The notes: generated by a model not told the origin, from the letters alone. A DNA stretch of 64,000 nucleotides from an uncultured delta proteobacterium (GCA_963806225.1 CAWDXG010000001.1:1696001-1760000); one strand, 5' to 3'. Positions 1-11,656 are shown, numbered from the stretch's first letter. A program made the numbers and translations.

Positions 1-97
1 GCGCTTCAGGCCGTCGGGAACCTTGTCGGCGGTGCAGCCGACCGATCGCGGCGGCGAAGCCCAGCGCCATCAGGGTCGCGGCAAGTTGCTTCATCAT
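1..97 (-). CDS. 5' part of a probable secreted/lipoprotein gene running off the window
   Basis: ATG at 97 reads MMKQLAATLMALGFAAAIG, a signal-peptide-like start just downstream of the barrel gene. Confidence 0.4.
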   Translation of the reverse strand, partial: MMKQLAATLMALGFAAAIGRLHRRQGSRRPEA

Positions 98-139
98 CGT
101 TTGCTTCTCCAGGCGGGGTCCCGGTGGAAAAAAGCCCCT

Positions 140-1889
140 CTAGTATTGCAGACCGAGCCGGCCCACGCCGATGTACTGGTCGTCCATCCGGTGTCCAGCG
201 CCGTCCGTGAAGGCGCCGCCGGGGAAGAACACGCCACCTTGCGCACCGAGCTGCAGCTTCATGCCGTAGTCGAGCGCCAGGCGGTACTCGAAGCCGGCAT
301 CCAGCTCGAGCCCCAGGTCGTGGCTCTTCGGAGCAGCCGCGGTCGTAGTTGCGGAAGCGACCGTTGGTGCCGACGTAGACCGGATCGACGAAGTCCGCCG
401 TGGTCTGTGCGATCACGGCGCCGCCCTTCAGGTCGAGCTGGCGCACCGGACGCACGACGATGGTCGGGTTCAGGTAGGTCGCGCCGGACGACGCCGCCGT
501 TGGTCGGCAGGAGGTTCGCGCCCGGGCTCGGTCGCGCCGACAGCCCCGGGTCCTCGGCGATCGTCGCAGCGCGCGCCGTCTTCCACGCGAGCGCCTCGTT
601 GAAGAGGATGAGCCCGACGTTGTGGTTCGGATCGAAGGTGAAGCGCTTCTCGACGCCGTCGTTCGGGTTCGCGTCGCCCGATGCCCAGCCCCACTCGAGC
701 GAGGCGACGAAATCGCCCCAGCGTTCGTCGCCCTGGCCGGCAGTGGTCACCGCGCCGAGGCGCGCGGCCGCACCGAGCTGTCGCACATCTTCCATCGGTG
801 TTGTTCTGCGTCTGGGTGAGCGTGCGGACGTAGTTGGTCTTGCCCAGGACATAGGCAACCTCGTACCCGCCGAACACGTGCCCGCGGGCGCCGGGGATCT
901 TGGCGTTGAAGCGACCCGCCGAGTCCATCACCCAGACCTGCAGCTTCTCGTCGAAGGCCTGCGCGAGCGGTGCATCGGTGTCGCGACGCTGATCGCGGTA
1001 GACGCCGTACAGGCCGAGCATGTTGTCGTCGCTGTCCTGGTAGAAGGCCGCGAGCACGCCCTCGAAAGCGCGGTCGCCGTCGACCAGGTCCGCGTTCGGG
1101 TCCTTGAACACCAGATCGCCCGCCAGCGCGACGTTGAACGGTGAGTCCTTGCCGCCTGGTCGGGTGGCGAAGAGCACGCGCTCGACGATGGAGCCGTCGC
1201 GGTAGTCGCCGAACAATGTCGGATGGTCGCCGTCGTTGGCGAGGATGCCCATGCCCCAGTGGGACGGCTGCTGTCCGACCCGCACCAGGCCCACAGGGGA
1301 CATCCAGTCGAGATAGAGCCAGCGGGGCGCGAGCTCGAGCGGCTGCCGCTTGTCCATCGGATGCTCCGCCGCCTGCACGTGGCGGGTCGTCTGCCCCGCG
1401 ATGAATCCGCGCGGCACGTCGAGCTGGCCGACCACCTGCAGCTTGTCGCGGAACTGCAGCCGCGGCGTGATGCGCAGCCAGTGCACCAGGCGCACCGTCT
1501 GTCCGAGCGAGCCGCTCTGCGCGTCGCCGCCGAACTGGGCCAGCGGGAGATCGCTGAGCCCCGTCGAGCCGGAGCTGGTACTGTCCGTGGATCTGGATGT
1601 GGAGCGTGTCCGGCTTGGGCGGCGCGACGGGTACGCGCCCGGTATCGAGCACGAACCGATCCTTGAAGCCGGTGCCCGCGGTCTCGTCCGACGGGGGTGG
1701 GGGAGGCGGAACCGGTCGCGCGCTGGTCCCCGCGGGCGCGGCCGCGGCTGGTGCGGCGGGAGCTGCCCCCTGCGCCCATGCGGTCGAGCTGGTGGCGAGC
1801 AGACAGGCCGAGCAGAGGGCGCCGGCGGAGAGCGGAATGCGGATGGAGAAGTAGCGGCCCACGGGCCGGCGAGAATAGTGATCCTTCAT
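140..1889 (-). CDS. Outer-membrane beta-barrel protein, split by about 4 frameshifts
   Basis: Signal peptide ending AWA-QG and a Pro/Ala linker, then amphipathic strands spread over ORFs 747..1901, 470..1495, 259..858 and 6..455. The last frame ends ...YIGVGRLGLQY* (stop 140-142), a terminal-aromatic beta-signal. Confidence 0.65.
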
Positions 1890-2028
1890 GACGCTGTCCA
1901 AGCATTCGTGAGCGAATCACCCGGCTTGTTCGCGCTCAATGCGATGACGCGGGGCGGCGAGAGCCGGGCGCGTGCCACGCCAGCCGAAATCACCTGGATT
2001 CGAAGCCGCAGCGGTATAGCTTCCGGAC

Positions 2029-3607
2029 GTGAGCACCCCCACCGACAAGCCAGAATCCGACCAGGTTGTTTTCGTCGGTCGCCCGCTCGGCGTCCAGGAT
2101 CTCGCCGGCGTTGCAAGACAAGCGCGCGCGGTGGCGCTCGACACGCGCGCGGCGGAACGCATCGACGCGTCGCGAGCAGCGGTCGAACGCATCGCCGCCG
2201 CGGGTGACGCCGCACCGCGCGTGTACGGCGTCAACACCGGATTCGGCGCTCTCGCCGAGACACGCATCGGCGCTGAAGACGTGCGGCGCCTGCAACGCAA
2301 TCTGGTGCGCAGCCACTCCACCGGCGTGGGGCCCGACATGCCCGCCGAAGCCGTGCGCGGCATGATGCTGCTACGCGCGCAGACTCTCTCGCTGGGTCAT
2401 TCGGGTGTCCGGCGCGTCGTGGTCGATCTGCTGCTCGACATGCTCGAACACAACGTCCTGCCGCTGCATCCCGTCGCAGGGCTCCGTGGGCGCATCGGGC
2501 GACCTGGCTCCGCTCGCGCACCTCGCGCTGTCGATGATCGGGGAAGGCGAGGCGACCTTCGACGGCGAGCGGCTGGGCGGCGCCGAGGCGCTCGCCCGTG
2601 CGGGGCTCTCGCCGTTGGAGCTGCAGGCCAAGGAAGGCCTCGCGCTGATCAACGGTACCCAGTACATGACCGCTTGGGGCGCGCTGTCGCTGGTCGACGG
2701 GTTCCGGCTCGCCGCCTGCGCGGACATTGCCGGGGCGATGAGCCTCGAGGCGCTCAAAGGTTCCGAACGTCCGTTCGCCGAACGTCTGATGAAGCTGCGG
2801 CCGCATCCAGGCCAGGCATTGGTGGCGGAAAACCTCAGGAGGCTGCTCGCGAACAGCGCGATCATGGTCAGCCACGAAAACTGCGGGAAGGTCCAGGACC
2901 CGTACTCGCTCCGCTGCATGCCGCAGGTCCATGGTGCCTCCCGCGACGCGCTCGGATTCGCGCGCGACGTGATCGAGCGCGAGATGAACAGCGTGACCGA
3001 CAACCCGAGCGTGTTCGTGGATGATTCGGGCGACGCCGACATCGTCAGCGGCGGCAACTTCCACGGCCAACCCGTAGCCTACGCGCTCGACCTGTCCGCA
3101 ATCGCGCTGGCGGAGCTCGGCAACATCAGCGAGCGCCGCGTGGAGCAGCTCGTCAACCCGGCCCTGTCGAGCGGACTCACGCCCTTCCTCGCGCCGCACA
3201 GCGGCCTCAACAGCGGGTTCATGATCGCACAGGTTGCCAGCGCCTCCCTGGTCAGCGAAAACAAGGTGCTCTGCCATCCGTCCAGCGTCGACTCGATCCC
3301 GTCGAGCGCGGGCAAGGAGGATCACGTCAGCATGGGCAGCATCGGTGCCCGCAAGCTGGCCAGCGTGGTCGAGAATGTGCGCCGCTCGCTCGCCATCGAG
3401 ATACTCACCGCGGCGGCCGGGATCGACCAGCGTGCGCCCCTCGAACCCGGCACCGGTGTTGCCGAAGCCCACCGCGCCGTGCGGGAGGTCGTAGCGCCGC
3501 TCGACGACGACCGCCCCCTGTACAAGGACATCGCGCGCCTGGTCGAGCTCATCCAGACCGGGGCACTGGCCGAACGCGTCGCCGACCGCGTCGGGCGCCT
3601 GCACTGA
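2029..3607 (+). CDS. hutH: Histidine ammonia-lyase (one frameshift near 2460)
   Basis: VYGVNTGFG and LVRSH in ORF 2029; [12 protein letters not shown] (MIO-forming ASG), [24 protein letters not shown] and EDHVSMG in ORF 2405. Confidence 0.93.
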
Positions 3608-3635
3608 GACCCGGCTCGATGTAGCATGGGGACCG

Positions 3636-5912
3636 ATGCCCGGACGATTCCAGCGGGAGCGGCGCTTCGCGGCGGCGGTTCTTCTCGCGGGCGCCTTCGG
3701 TTGCTCGGGGCAGCCCGATGTCCCGACGGCCCGCTCCGCGGTCATCGAGTTCGAGCTTCCGGCGAGCGGGCTGCCGGACTACGGCGCCGTGCCGTTCCCG
3801 AGCGACCTGTACCTCGGCGCCGGCGGTCACGTCAGCGCGATCCCCGGTCTGTCGCGCCTGGTCGCGCGCAACGGCGACGTGTTCGCGAAGGGGCTCTCGA
3901 CGCTCGACGGCTTCGGTCGCGCCACGGCCAGCGAGCTCTTCACGACGGGTGACGTGGCTCCCGCCTCGCTGCCCGCGGACGGCAAGGCATCGCTTTCGGC
4001 CGACTCGTCGATCGTGCTGCTCGACGTGGACCCGCACTCTCCGGCGCTCGGTACCCGCTATCCGGTCCGCACCGCCTATCTGCCGTCGCTCCACTGCATC
4101 TCCGTGCTGCCCCAGGTCGTGCTGTCGCCCGGCGTGCGCTATGCGGCCGTGGTCACGACGCGGGTGCGCAGCGCCGGCGGCGGCGCGCTGGGCGCGGACC
4201 GCGCGCTCCGTTCCATCGAACGCCTGGCTGCGGCGGAGCGGCACAGCGCGGCCGACAAGCTCTACGGTGACGCGCTGGACCGCATTGTCGCTTCCGGCGT
4301 GGTCGACAAGGCGAGCGACGTTGCCGGGCTTTCCGTGTTCACGACGTTGAAGCTCGCGGGGGAGCTCGCCCAGCTGCGGGCGCGGCTGCGCGATCCCAAG
4401 CAGTTCCCGCCGCCGCAGCTGCTGCTCGATTCCGCGGGGGCCGCGCCGTACACGGCGGTGATCTTCGGCGTGGCCGGCAGCCCGGATCTGGACGCCTGGC
4501 TTGGCACGCCGGACAGGGATCCCCAGGGAAAGGAATGGCCGGGGGTCGACAATGCCGGCGGGATTGCACACGACGCGATCGGCGCTGTCGCCAGCGGCGC
4601 GTTCATCTCGGCGAGCTTCCTCGGCAAGGACGGCCACTTCGAGCACGCCGCCGACGGCAGCCTGCGGGTGGCCGACGCCCAGGCGAAGGTCCCGGTGACG
4701 CTGGTCGTGCCGAAGGCGCCGCCTCCCGCTTCGGGCTATCCCGTCGTCCTGTTCGGTCACGGCCTCGCCAACGATCGGGGCCAGATGCTGGCTATTGCGA
4801 ACGAGCTGGCGCGCGCCGGCTTCGCCGTTATCGGCATCGACGACGTGGCGCACGGCCTGAGGACCGGCATCCCCGACGTGGCCAGCAGCGAGAAGGGCAG
4901 CTACCAGGGGCCGGACGGGCTGCCTGACCACGCCGGGCTGCCGCTCCAGTTCTTCGGAGGGTTCTCCGACTTCGTCGCGATCCGCGACAACTTCCGGCAG
5001 ACCGTGGTCGACGAGATGAACCTGGTGCGCCTGGTGGAAAACCCCGCGCTGGATCTGTCTCCGCTCGGGCCCGCGCTGGGCGGAGTGGCGCCGAAGCTCG
5101 ACCCGAAGCACATCTACTACGACGGCGGTTCGCTCGGAGGCATGATGGGGACCATCACGCTTGCGGTAGAGCCCGATATCCGCGCTGCGGCGCTGCAGGT
5201 GCCCGGCGGCGGGTTTGTCGATCTGATCGCGACGAACTCCGACAAGATGCACGGTCTGGTGGCCACGTTGGCGACCGGCACCTTCGGCGTCCAGGGTGAC
5301 GAGCGGCTCGACGAGTTCCATCCGGCCATCAACCTGATGGCGGAGATCACCGAGCCGGGCGATCCGCTGTCGTACGCTCCGAGCGTGTACGGCGAAGCGT
5401 TGCCCGGCATGCCGCCGCGCGCACAGCGCCCCAGCGTGCTCGTCAGCTACTCTGTCGACGACGAAGTGATGGCGAACATCTCCACCGAGGCGCTCATCCG
5501 GGCGTTTGGCATGCCGCTGGCGCGGCCGGCGCTGGAGCAGCTCGACGGCGTGCCCAGCGTGGATGCGCCGGTCAGCGGCAACATGCAGGGCGCTACGGCG
5601 GCGGCCGTGCAGTACTCCCCGTCCACGCACGCGCTCGGCACCAACCGCTTTGACTGGCGCCAGTACATGCCCGGCGATCCACAGGCCGATCCGGACAACC
5701 GCTGGCCGGAGATCCCGGCGAAAATTCGCGTGGAGCTGCCCATCCGCGAGTTGGACGAGCAGGTCGTGCACCTGTTCCAGAGCGACATGAAGTCCGCTGC
5801 CCCGGAGATCATCGTCACCAAGCCGCCCGTTGCCGACTACGACGGCGACGGCGTGACCGACGCGGACGAGAAGAAAGCCGGCACCGATCCGTACAACCCC
5901 GACAGCCACTGA
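3636..5912 (+). CDS. Lipoprotein alpha/beta-hydrolase (extracellular lipase-like)
   Basis: Lipobox AFGC, PFPSD and LDGFG N-terminal motifs, FGHGL, nucleophile elbow GGSLGG, C-terminal DYDGDGVTDADE Ca-binding-like motif. Confidence 0.7.
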   Translation: MPGRFQRERRFAAAVLLAGAFGCSGQPDVPTARSAVIEFELPASGLPDYGAVPFPSDLYLGAGGHVSAIPGLSRLVARNGDVFAKGLSTLDGFGRATASELFTTGDVAPASLPADGKASLSADSSIVLLDVDPHSPALGTRYPVRTAYLPSLHCISVLPQVVLSPGVRYAAVVTTRVRSAGGGALGADRALRSIERLAAAERHSAADKLYGDALDRIVASGVVDKASDVAGLSVFTTLKLAGELAQLRARLRDPKQFPPPQLLLDSAGAAPYTAVIFGVAGSPDLDAWLGTPDRDPQGKEWPGVDNAGGIAHDAIGAVASGAFISASFLGKDGHFEHAADGSLRVADAQAKVPVTLVVPKAPPPASGYPVVLFGHGLANDRGQMLAIANELARAGFAVIGIDDVAHGLRTGIPDVASSEKGSYQGPDGLPDHAGLPLQFFGGFSDFVAIRDNFRQTVVDEMNLVRLVENPALDLSPLGPALGGVAPKLDPKHIYYDGGSLGGMMGTITLAVEPDIRAAALQVPGGGFVDLIATNSDKMHGLVATLATGTFGVQGDERLDEFHPAINLMAEITEPGDPLSYAPSVYGEALPGMPPRAQRPSVLVSYSVDDEVMANISTEALIRAFGMPLARPALEQLDGVPSVDAPVSGNMQGATAAAVQYSPSTHALGTNRFDWRQYMPGDPQADPDNRWPEIPAKIRVELPIRELDEQVVHLFQSDMKSAAPEIIVTKPPVADYDGDGVTDADEKKAGTDPYNPDSH

Positions 5913-5931
5913 ACCTGCGAGAGGAACCTCG

Positions 5932-6759
5932 ATGCTCATCGACTGCCACGTGCACCTGAACGACTACCACGGCGAGGGGGTCGTCCGTCCCACCAAGGAG
6001 CACGTGCAGAGGCTGTTCGACGAGATGGAGCGTCACGGCATCGACCACTCGGTGGTGCTCACTTCCTACAAGGTCGATCTCGGCCGCCCCAGCGTCGAGG
6101 AAGTGCTCGAGACCCTGGCCAATGATCCGCGTACCACGGTCGTGGAGGGCCTGCGCTGGCGCGGCGACGCCCGCACCGACTTGTTCGAGATGGAACAGCG
6201 CATCCGCGACGGTCGCGTTCGCGGCATCAAGCTCTACCCGGGCTACGACAAGTACCCGATCACGGATCCGTCGCTGGAGAGCGTGTTCCGCATCGCGGAG
6301 AAGTATGACGTGCCGGTGATGATCCACACCGGCGATACCTACAGCAAGCAGGCGAAAGTGAGGCAGGCGCACCCGCTGCTCGTCGATGACATCGCGGTGG
6401 ACTTTCCCGATGTGAAGTTCGTCATCTGCCACCTGGGCAATCCGTGGTTCCAGGACACGGCGGAAGTCCTGTACAAGAACGACAACGTGTACGCGGATAT
6501 CTCGGGGCTGACGCTCGGCGACTTCGACTACGAGTTCGAGCGCTACATCAAGACGCGCGTGAAGGACATGATCATGTACATGGGCGATCCCGGTCGCCAG
6601 CTCATGTACGGCAGCGACTGGCCGCTCGTGACGATGGGACCCTACGTCAAGTTCCTGAACAACCTGGACCTGCCGGAAGAACAGATCGAAAATATCTCGT
6701 GGAAGACTGCGGCGCGGCTATTCAGGATCCCGGTCGGCGATATCGAACAATCGACGTAG
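5932..6759 (+). CDS. Amidohydrolase family protein (Amidohydro_2-like)
   Basis: IDCHVH, GIKLYP, MIHTG, CHLGNP, VYADIS and YGSDWP motifs. Confidence 0.88.
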   Translation: MLIDCHVHLNDYHGEGVVRPTKEHVQRLFDEMERHGIDHSVVLTSYKVDLGRPSVEEVLETLANDPRTTVVEGLRWRGDARTDLFEMEQRIRDGRVRGIKLYPGYDKYPITDPSLESVFRIAEKYDVPVMIHTGDTYSKQAKVRQAHPLLVDDIAVDFPDVKFVICHLGNPWFQDTAEVLYKNDNVYADISGLTLGDFDYEFERYIKTRVKDMIMYMGDPGRQLMYGSDWPLVTMGPYVKFLNNLDLPEEQIENISWKTAARLFRIPVGDIEQST

Positions 6760-8188
6760 ATGGCCCCCGAAGGCAGCGACAACCTCAAGCGGATGTTCGA
6801 CATCCGGCGGAGCGAGCTCGACGACTCGGGTGATCGCCTGCTCTCCATCGACATGCCCGCCTTGCGCACGCATGCGGCCGAGGTGCAACGCGTGATCGGC
6901 CACAGCGGGCCGTTCTCCCTGCGCTACGAGGCGCGCTCCGGCGAGCACGTCCACAGCGGGCCCATCGATGTGGAAGAGGCGCGGTTTTTCCTGCGATTCC
7001 GCCGCGGGGTCGATCCCGACGGCGTGTGGCAGGTGCGCGTCGAAGCCGTTGGACCCGACGAGAGCTGGGTCAAGCCGCTCTGGAGCCAGTGGCTGTTCGT
7101 GCAGTCTGCGCTCAGGCGCTCCGCGGAGGTGATCGACGAGCTCGCCCAGCGCTATGCACCGATCTTCGTGTTCAGCGAACGCGAGAAATATTTCCCGGTC
7201 TCGCTCCGCACACTGCTCCGGGCCCGGCCGATCCGCGAGTCCGACGAGGTGATGAAGATCAAGACCGATCTTCGGGAAGGAGAGCATACCGCTCAGCCGG
7301 CTCGGCGAGTTCATGCGCTTCAACGGCCACAGCGAGTACCTGCTCGACTTCAACGTCTTCAGCATGAAGCGCTCCGTCTTCGCGTCGCTCGGCGGAGACC
7401 CCCGCGACGCCGTCATCTACTACTCGTACATCGAGGATCCGGGCAGCGAACGCTTCTTCATCACCTACCACCAGATCTACGCCTACGACACCAAGACGGG
7501 GCTCGCGCGCATCACCAACATCGGACCGCATGTCTTCGACCGCGAGAGCATGATCCTCGTGTTCGAAGGGAGCGACAGACCGAGCTCGATGATCATCTCG
7601 GGACATCTCGAAAACCAGACGATCTTCTTCCTGGGGAAGCTCAAGCGCTGGTCGCAGGGGCGGATCCGTGTGCCGTTCGATGATGAACGCACGCTGAAGT
7701 TCGGCGACCATCCGGTGATTGCCGTGGGCGAGGGGTCGCATGCCCTGTACCCGACCAGCGGCGAGTACCAGCTCTCGCTCTTGCGCGAGATCGCCGGCTA
7801 CGTCGACCGCGACGTGATTCGCGGCAGGCCGTCGCGCGCGCAGGCTGCCATCCAGCCGACGCAGGTGCTCTCGCCCCCGTCGCTCGGCAGCGGCGGCGTG
7901 CCGACCTATGGGCTCCGGTCGCTGGGCCTCGACCGCCTCACCAGCCGCATCCGGAAGAAGGGCGACGGCGCGGATCCGTACCGCGCCTTCCTGGTTTTCA
8001 GCGGCTACTGGGTGGACGTGCCGGGTACGCAGAACGCGCGCTTCCCGCCCTTCACGCGGAACATGACCGAGATCGCCGACTGGGTGGACGGCGCGTACGA
8101 GTGGATCTGGGACGACGTGCCCGAGAGCTACCACCAGAACAACGGGCTCATCCTGCGCTTCTTGCGCGAGAATCTCGAGGACTTCTAG
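6760..8188 (+). CDS. Hypothetical protein with a possible Vps62-like domain (frameshift near 7270)
   Basis: Abuts the upstream stop (TAG-ATG). LAQRYAPIFVFSEREKYFPVS, HVFDRE and GSHALY motifs are spread across ORFs 6760 and 7313. Confidence 0.55.
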
Positions 8189-8209
8189 CGCCTCGACGGG
8201 GCCCGCGTT

Positions 8210-9082
8210 CTAGCCCGCGTTGAACGCTTCGCGCCGGCGGCGTGCACGGCGCAAGAGGAACCGGAACATCAACAGGGCGGGGAGGCCGAGCAGCAGGAAG
8301 ACGGGCAGCAGCACGCCCAGCAGTCGGATGGAGCCGTTGACCAGCGCCGCGCCGACGTTGACGGCGTCGGCGCCGGCGTTCTTGATGCTGCGCGGAAAAT
8401 CGCCGATCGAGGCGCTCACGAGCTTCCGCTGCTGATCGATGTCGAGCTTGATGGTGCTCATCGTGATCTGGTTTTCGAGCACGCGCTTCCGCCCCTCGAG
8501 CTTCTCGATCTTCCCGCGCACGCTGGCGAGCTGCTTCTGCACCTCGAGCGCGTCGGAGACCTTGGCGGCGTTCTTCAGGATGTCGAGGTACTGTAGTTCG
8601 AGCGCCTTCTGGGTGTGGAGCCGGGCGTCCAGATCGATGTACTCGTCGGTCACGTCGCGGCTTTCGATCTGCTCGCCGTCGATTCCGGTGGCGAGAGCCT
8701 TGAGCTTGTCGAGCGCGCGGTCGAGGTGGTCGGCGGGCACGCGCAGCTCCAGCGTGATGTGCAGGGGGGCGTCGCGGCTGGTGCCGAGGCGGCGGCTGGT
8801 CGCGTTGGCGACGTAGCCGCCGGATTTGTTCACGATGGCCGACGCCTTGTGCTGCGCCGCGGCGGGATCCGCCACCGTCATCGACAGCGAGGCATTGCGG
8901 ATGATGCGGCGGCCAGCGGGCTTGCCCGACGTTGCGGACGTAGGCGGCAGGGTCGTTGCCACCTTCTGGGCCGGCGTCTGCGCCGAGGCCCCGACGCCGA
9001 CGGCCCGCGCCGCGCGCTTCGAGCAGCCGCCGACGAGGAAGAGGAGCAGGGCGAACAGTACGACGCAACGTCTGGATGACAT
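8210..9082 (-). CDS. DUF4349-domain lipoprotein
   Basis: Lipobox VGGC, RRIIRNASLSMTV, LRVPA, DVTDEYIDLDARL, IEKLEG and a C-terminal TM helix. Confidence 0.8.
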   Translation of the reverse strand: MSSRRCVVLFALLLFLVGGCSKRAARAVGVGASAQTPAQKVATTLPPTSATSGKPAGRRIIRNASLSMTVADPAAAQHKASAIVNKSGGYVANATSRRLGTSRDAPLHITLELRVPADHLDRALDKLKALATGIDGEQIESRDVTDEYIDLDARLHTQKALELQYLDILKNAAKVSDALEVQKQLASVRGKIEKLEGRKRVLENQITMSTIKLDIDQQRKLVSASIGDFPRSIKNAGADAVNVGAALVNGSIRLLGVLLPVFLLLGLPALLMFRFLLRRARRRREAFNAG

Positions 9083-9150
9083 GGGCAGACCTCCGCGCCC
9101 GGCGCGCGGTCCGGGCGTCTGCCTGTGAGAACGCAGCAGCCGGCAGCCGC

Positions 9151-9501
9151 TTACAGTGCGCCCGCCAGATCCTCGACTTCGAGCCCGTCGGGGATCTCGA
9201 TGGGCATGCGCAGAAGCGCGTAGCCGTAGGTCTTGCCCTGCCGGTCGATGCGCAGCGAGCGCAGCCCGCCACCGTCGAGCGCACCGTGCAGCACGAAGTT
9301 CAGCGCGTGCAGGTTCGGCAGCTCGAAGCGCTCCACCGGGCCCCGGCAGAACGAACCGAACCACTCGGCGACGCGCTCGGCGTCGAGCTCGCGGACCAGC
9401 ACCGGGTAGTACTCGGGCCGGCGTGCGATCACGCCGATGTTGCAGCGGTCGCCCTTGTCGCCCGAGCGCGCGTGCGCAAGGTTGTAGAGCACGGTCTTCA
9501 C
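9151..9501 (-). CDS. AtuA-related small protein
   Basis: LAHARSGDKGD, VERFELPNLHALNFV and SLRIDRQGK; overlaps the upstream AtuA-family gene by 4 nt. Confidence 0.85.
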   Translation of the reverse strand: MKTVLYNLAHARSGDKGDRCNIGVIARRPEYYPVLVRELDAERVAEWFGSFCRGPVERFELPNLHALNFVLHGALDGGGLRSLRIDRQGKTYGYALLRMPIEIPDGLEVEDLAGAL

Positions 9502-10865
9502 GACTCGAGTACCTCCACCCGCGGCGTTACCACGTCGCGCGGCACCAGCGCCGGCCAGAAGTTGATGATCGGAGCCGGGTCAGGGCGGCCTGCGAGCCCC
9601 GGTCCGCCGCAGGCGCCCGGCAGGCCGGACGTGATCAGCGGAGCGATCTCGTGACCGAAGCGGCGCGCGCTGTCGCGGTCGCGCGTGCGGATGGCCACGC
9701 GCAGAAGTAGCTCGTTCGGTTCGGCCGCGGCTGGCGGCGTCATGTGGGCGTGCGCCGACGACACCCCGACCAGCTCGACGCGGTGCTCGTCGATCGACAG
9801 GCCGAGATGCCGGCAGCGCGAAAGCAGCACCTCTGCCGCCGCGCGCGCCCGCGCTTCGGCGTGCGGCCACACGAAGAGGAGGGACGCGACGTTGCGCCAG
9901 CCGTCCTGGTAGCTGAGCGACGCCTTCAGCTCGTCGGGCGGCCGGTTGCCTGTCACGCCCCACACCCGCACCCGGTCGTTGCCGAGGTCGCCGAGCTGGA
10001 TGCTCGTGAAATCCACGCTCACGTCCGGCGTCAGGTACGCGCGTGGATCGCCGATCTCGTACAGCAGCTGTTCCTTGAGCACGGCCGGGGTCACGCGTCC
10101 CCCGAGGCCGGCGTGCCGCGTGATCAGCATGCTGCCGTCCTCGTTCACTTCCGCGATGGGGTAGCCCAGCCGATCGAGGCCGGGCACGTCCTGCCAGCCG
10201 CCTGCGAAGTTGCCCCCGCTCGCCTGGCCGCCGCACTCGAGCAGGTGGCCGGCGACGGTCCCTGCGGCGAGGCGGTCGAAGTCATCCGCCTCCCAACCGA
10301 AGCGCGCGATCAGGGGTGCGAGCGCGAGCGCCGAGTCCGTGCAGCGGCCGGTGATCACGATCTGCGCGCCGGCGCAGAGCGCCTGGACGATCGGCGCAGC
10401 GCCCAGATACGCGTTCGCACTGAGCACGCGATCGCGGATGCCGGCGAATGGCTCGCCCGTGTCGAGGTTTTCCAGCGAGACGCCGGCTTCGCTCAAGCCG
10501 TCGAGGCCGTCGAACAGGTCATCGCCCTCGATCACGCCAACGCGCATTCCACGCACGCCCTGGCTGCGGCAGAGCTGGAGCACGCTTTCAGCGCACGCGC
10601 GTGGATTCATGCCGCCGGCGTTGGTGAGCACCTGGATACCCCGGGCCGCGACCGTGTCGAGCGCGGGCTCGAGCGCCGTGATGAAATCGGTCGCGTAGCC
10701 CTGGGCGGGATTGCGCTCGAGCTTGCGCCGCAGGATCGACATCGTGACTTCCGCCAGGTAGTCGAGCATCACGGCATCCACGGGCCCGGCGTGGATCTGA
10801 TCGGAGAGCGCGTCGTTGCGGTCGCCCCAGAAGCCGGCTGCGCCGGCGATGCGGAAGCTCTCCAT
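9498..10865 (-). CDS. Acyclic terpene utilization AtuA family protein (DUF1446)
   Basis: GFWGD, DYLAEVTM, NAGGMNP, SANAYLG, GHLLECG and EQLLYEI motifs. Confidence 0.9.
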   Translation of the reverse strand: MESFRIAGAAGFWGDRNDALSDQIHAGPVDAVMLDYLAEVTMSILRRKLERNPAQGYATDFITALEPALDTVAARGIQVLTNAGGMNPRACAESVLQLCRSQGVRGMRVGVIEGDDLFDGLDGLSEAGVSLENLDTGEPFAGIRDRVLSANAYLGAAPIVQALCAGAQIVITGRCTDSALALAPLIARFGWEADDFDRLAAGTVAGHLLECGGQASGGNFAGGWQDVPGLDRLGYPIAEVNEDGSMLITRHAGLGGRVTPAVLKEQLLYEIGDPRAYLTPDVSVDFTSIQLGDLGNDRVRVWGVTGNRPPDELKASLSYQDGWRNVASLLFVWPHAEARARAAAEVLLSRCRHLGLSIDEHRVELVGVSSAHAHMTPPAAAEPNELLLRVAIRTRDRDSARRFGHEIAPLITSGLPGACGGPGLAGRPDPAPIINFWPALVPRDVVTPRVEVLES

Positions 10866-10870
10866 CGGGC

Positions 10871-11656
10871 CTACTCGCCCGTGAACTCCGGCGTCGTGCC
10901 GGTGCGGAACGCCGCGATGGCGCGGCGCAGATCGCCCGTCGCAAAGTCGATTGCCTGCGCGTTGGCCTCCCGGTGCAGCGCGTCGTCGACCTGTCTGAGC
11001 AGGCTGGCCGAGAGCGTCGCCTTGGCCTGCGCCACTGCAATGGGCGCCGCGCTCGCGATTTCCTCTACTGTCGCGTCGACCAGCGCGGGCAGCTCGCTCC
11101 GGGGAACGGCCTGGTTGACCAGGCCGATCCGTTCAGCCGCATCGCCCCGGATGAGCCTTCCGGTGAGGATCAGCTCGGCCGCTCTCGCCGGCCCGACCAG
11201 CCGCGGCAAGAGCACCGTGCAGCCCATGCCGGGGTGCAGTCCGACGCGGACGAAGTTCGCGCCCAGCTTCGCTTCGGCCGCCGCCAGGCGCACGTCGCAG
11301 GCCATCGCTAGACACAGGCCGGCCCCTACCGCGGCGCCGTGCACGACGGCGATGCTCGGCGCCCGGAGCGAGAGCACGGAGAGGAAGCGGCGGTAGAAGC
11401 GCAGCATATCGACGCGGTTGTCTTCCGGCGCGCGATCGGCGTTCTGTTCGATCAAGTCGAAATCGCCACCGGCGCAGAACGCGCGACCGTCGCCCTCGAC
11501 GAGTACCACGCGGGTTTCGCGCGACGCGTTGATGTGCTCGACGGCCTCCGCGATGAGGTCGCCCATCTCGGCCGTCATCGCGTTGTGCTTGTCGGGCCGG
11601 GACAGCACGATGCGCGCGATGCGGCCGACTTCGACTCGAATGGCTGGGCTCTGCAT
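10871..11656 (-). CDS. Enoyl-CoA hydratase/isomerase family protein
   Basis: RPDKHNA, AFCAGGD, HGAAVGAG and ACDVR crotonase motifs. Confidence 0.9.
   Translation of the reverse strand: MQSPAIRVEVGRIARIVLSRPDKHNAMTAEMGDLIAEAVEHINASRETRVVLVEGDGRAFCAGGDFDLIEQNADRAPEDNRVDMLRFYRRFLSVLSLRAPSIAVVHGAAVGAGLCLAMACDVRLAAAEAKLGANFVRVGLHPGMGCTVLLPRLVGPARAAELILTGRLIRGDAAERIGLVNQAVPRSELPALVDATVEEIASAAPIAVAQAKATLSASLLRQVDDALHREANAQAIDFATGDLRRAIAAFRTGTTPEFTGE

Noticed and set aside
3549..5939. Long antisense ORFs here and throughout (for example 2231..3745, 9744..11396, 53174..54598)
   Set aside because: Antisense shadows of GC3-biased genes with no motifs
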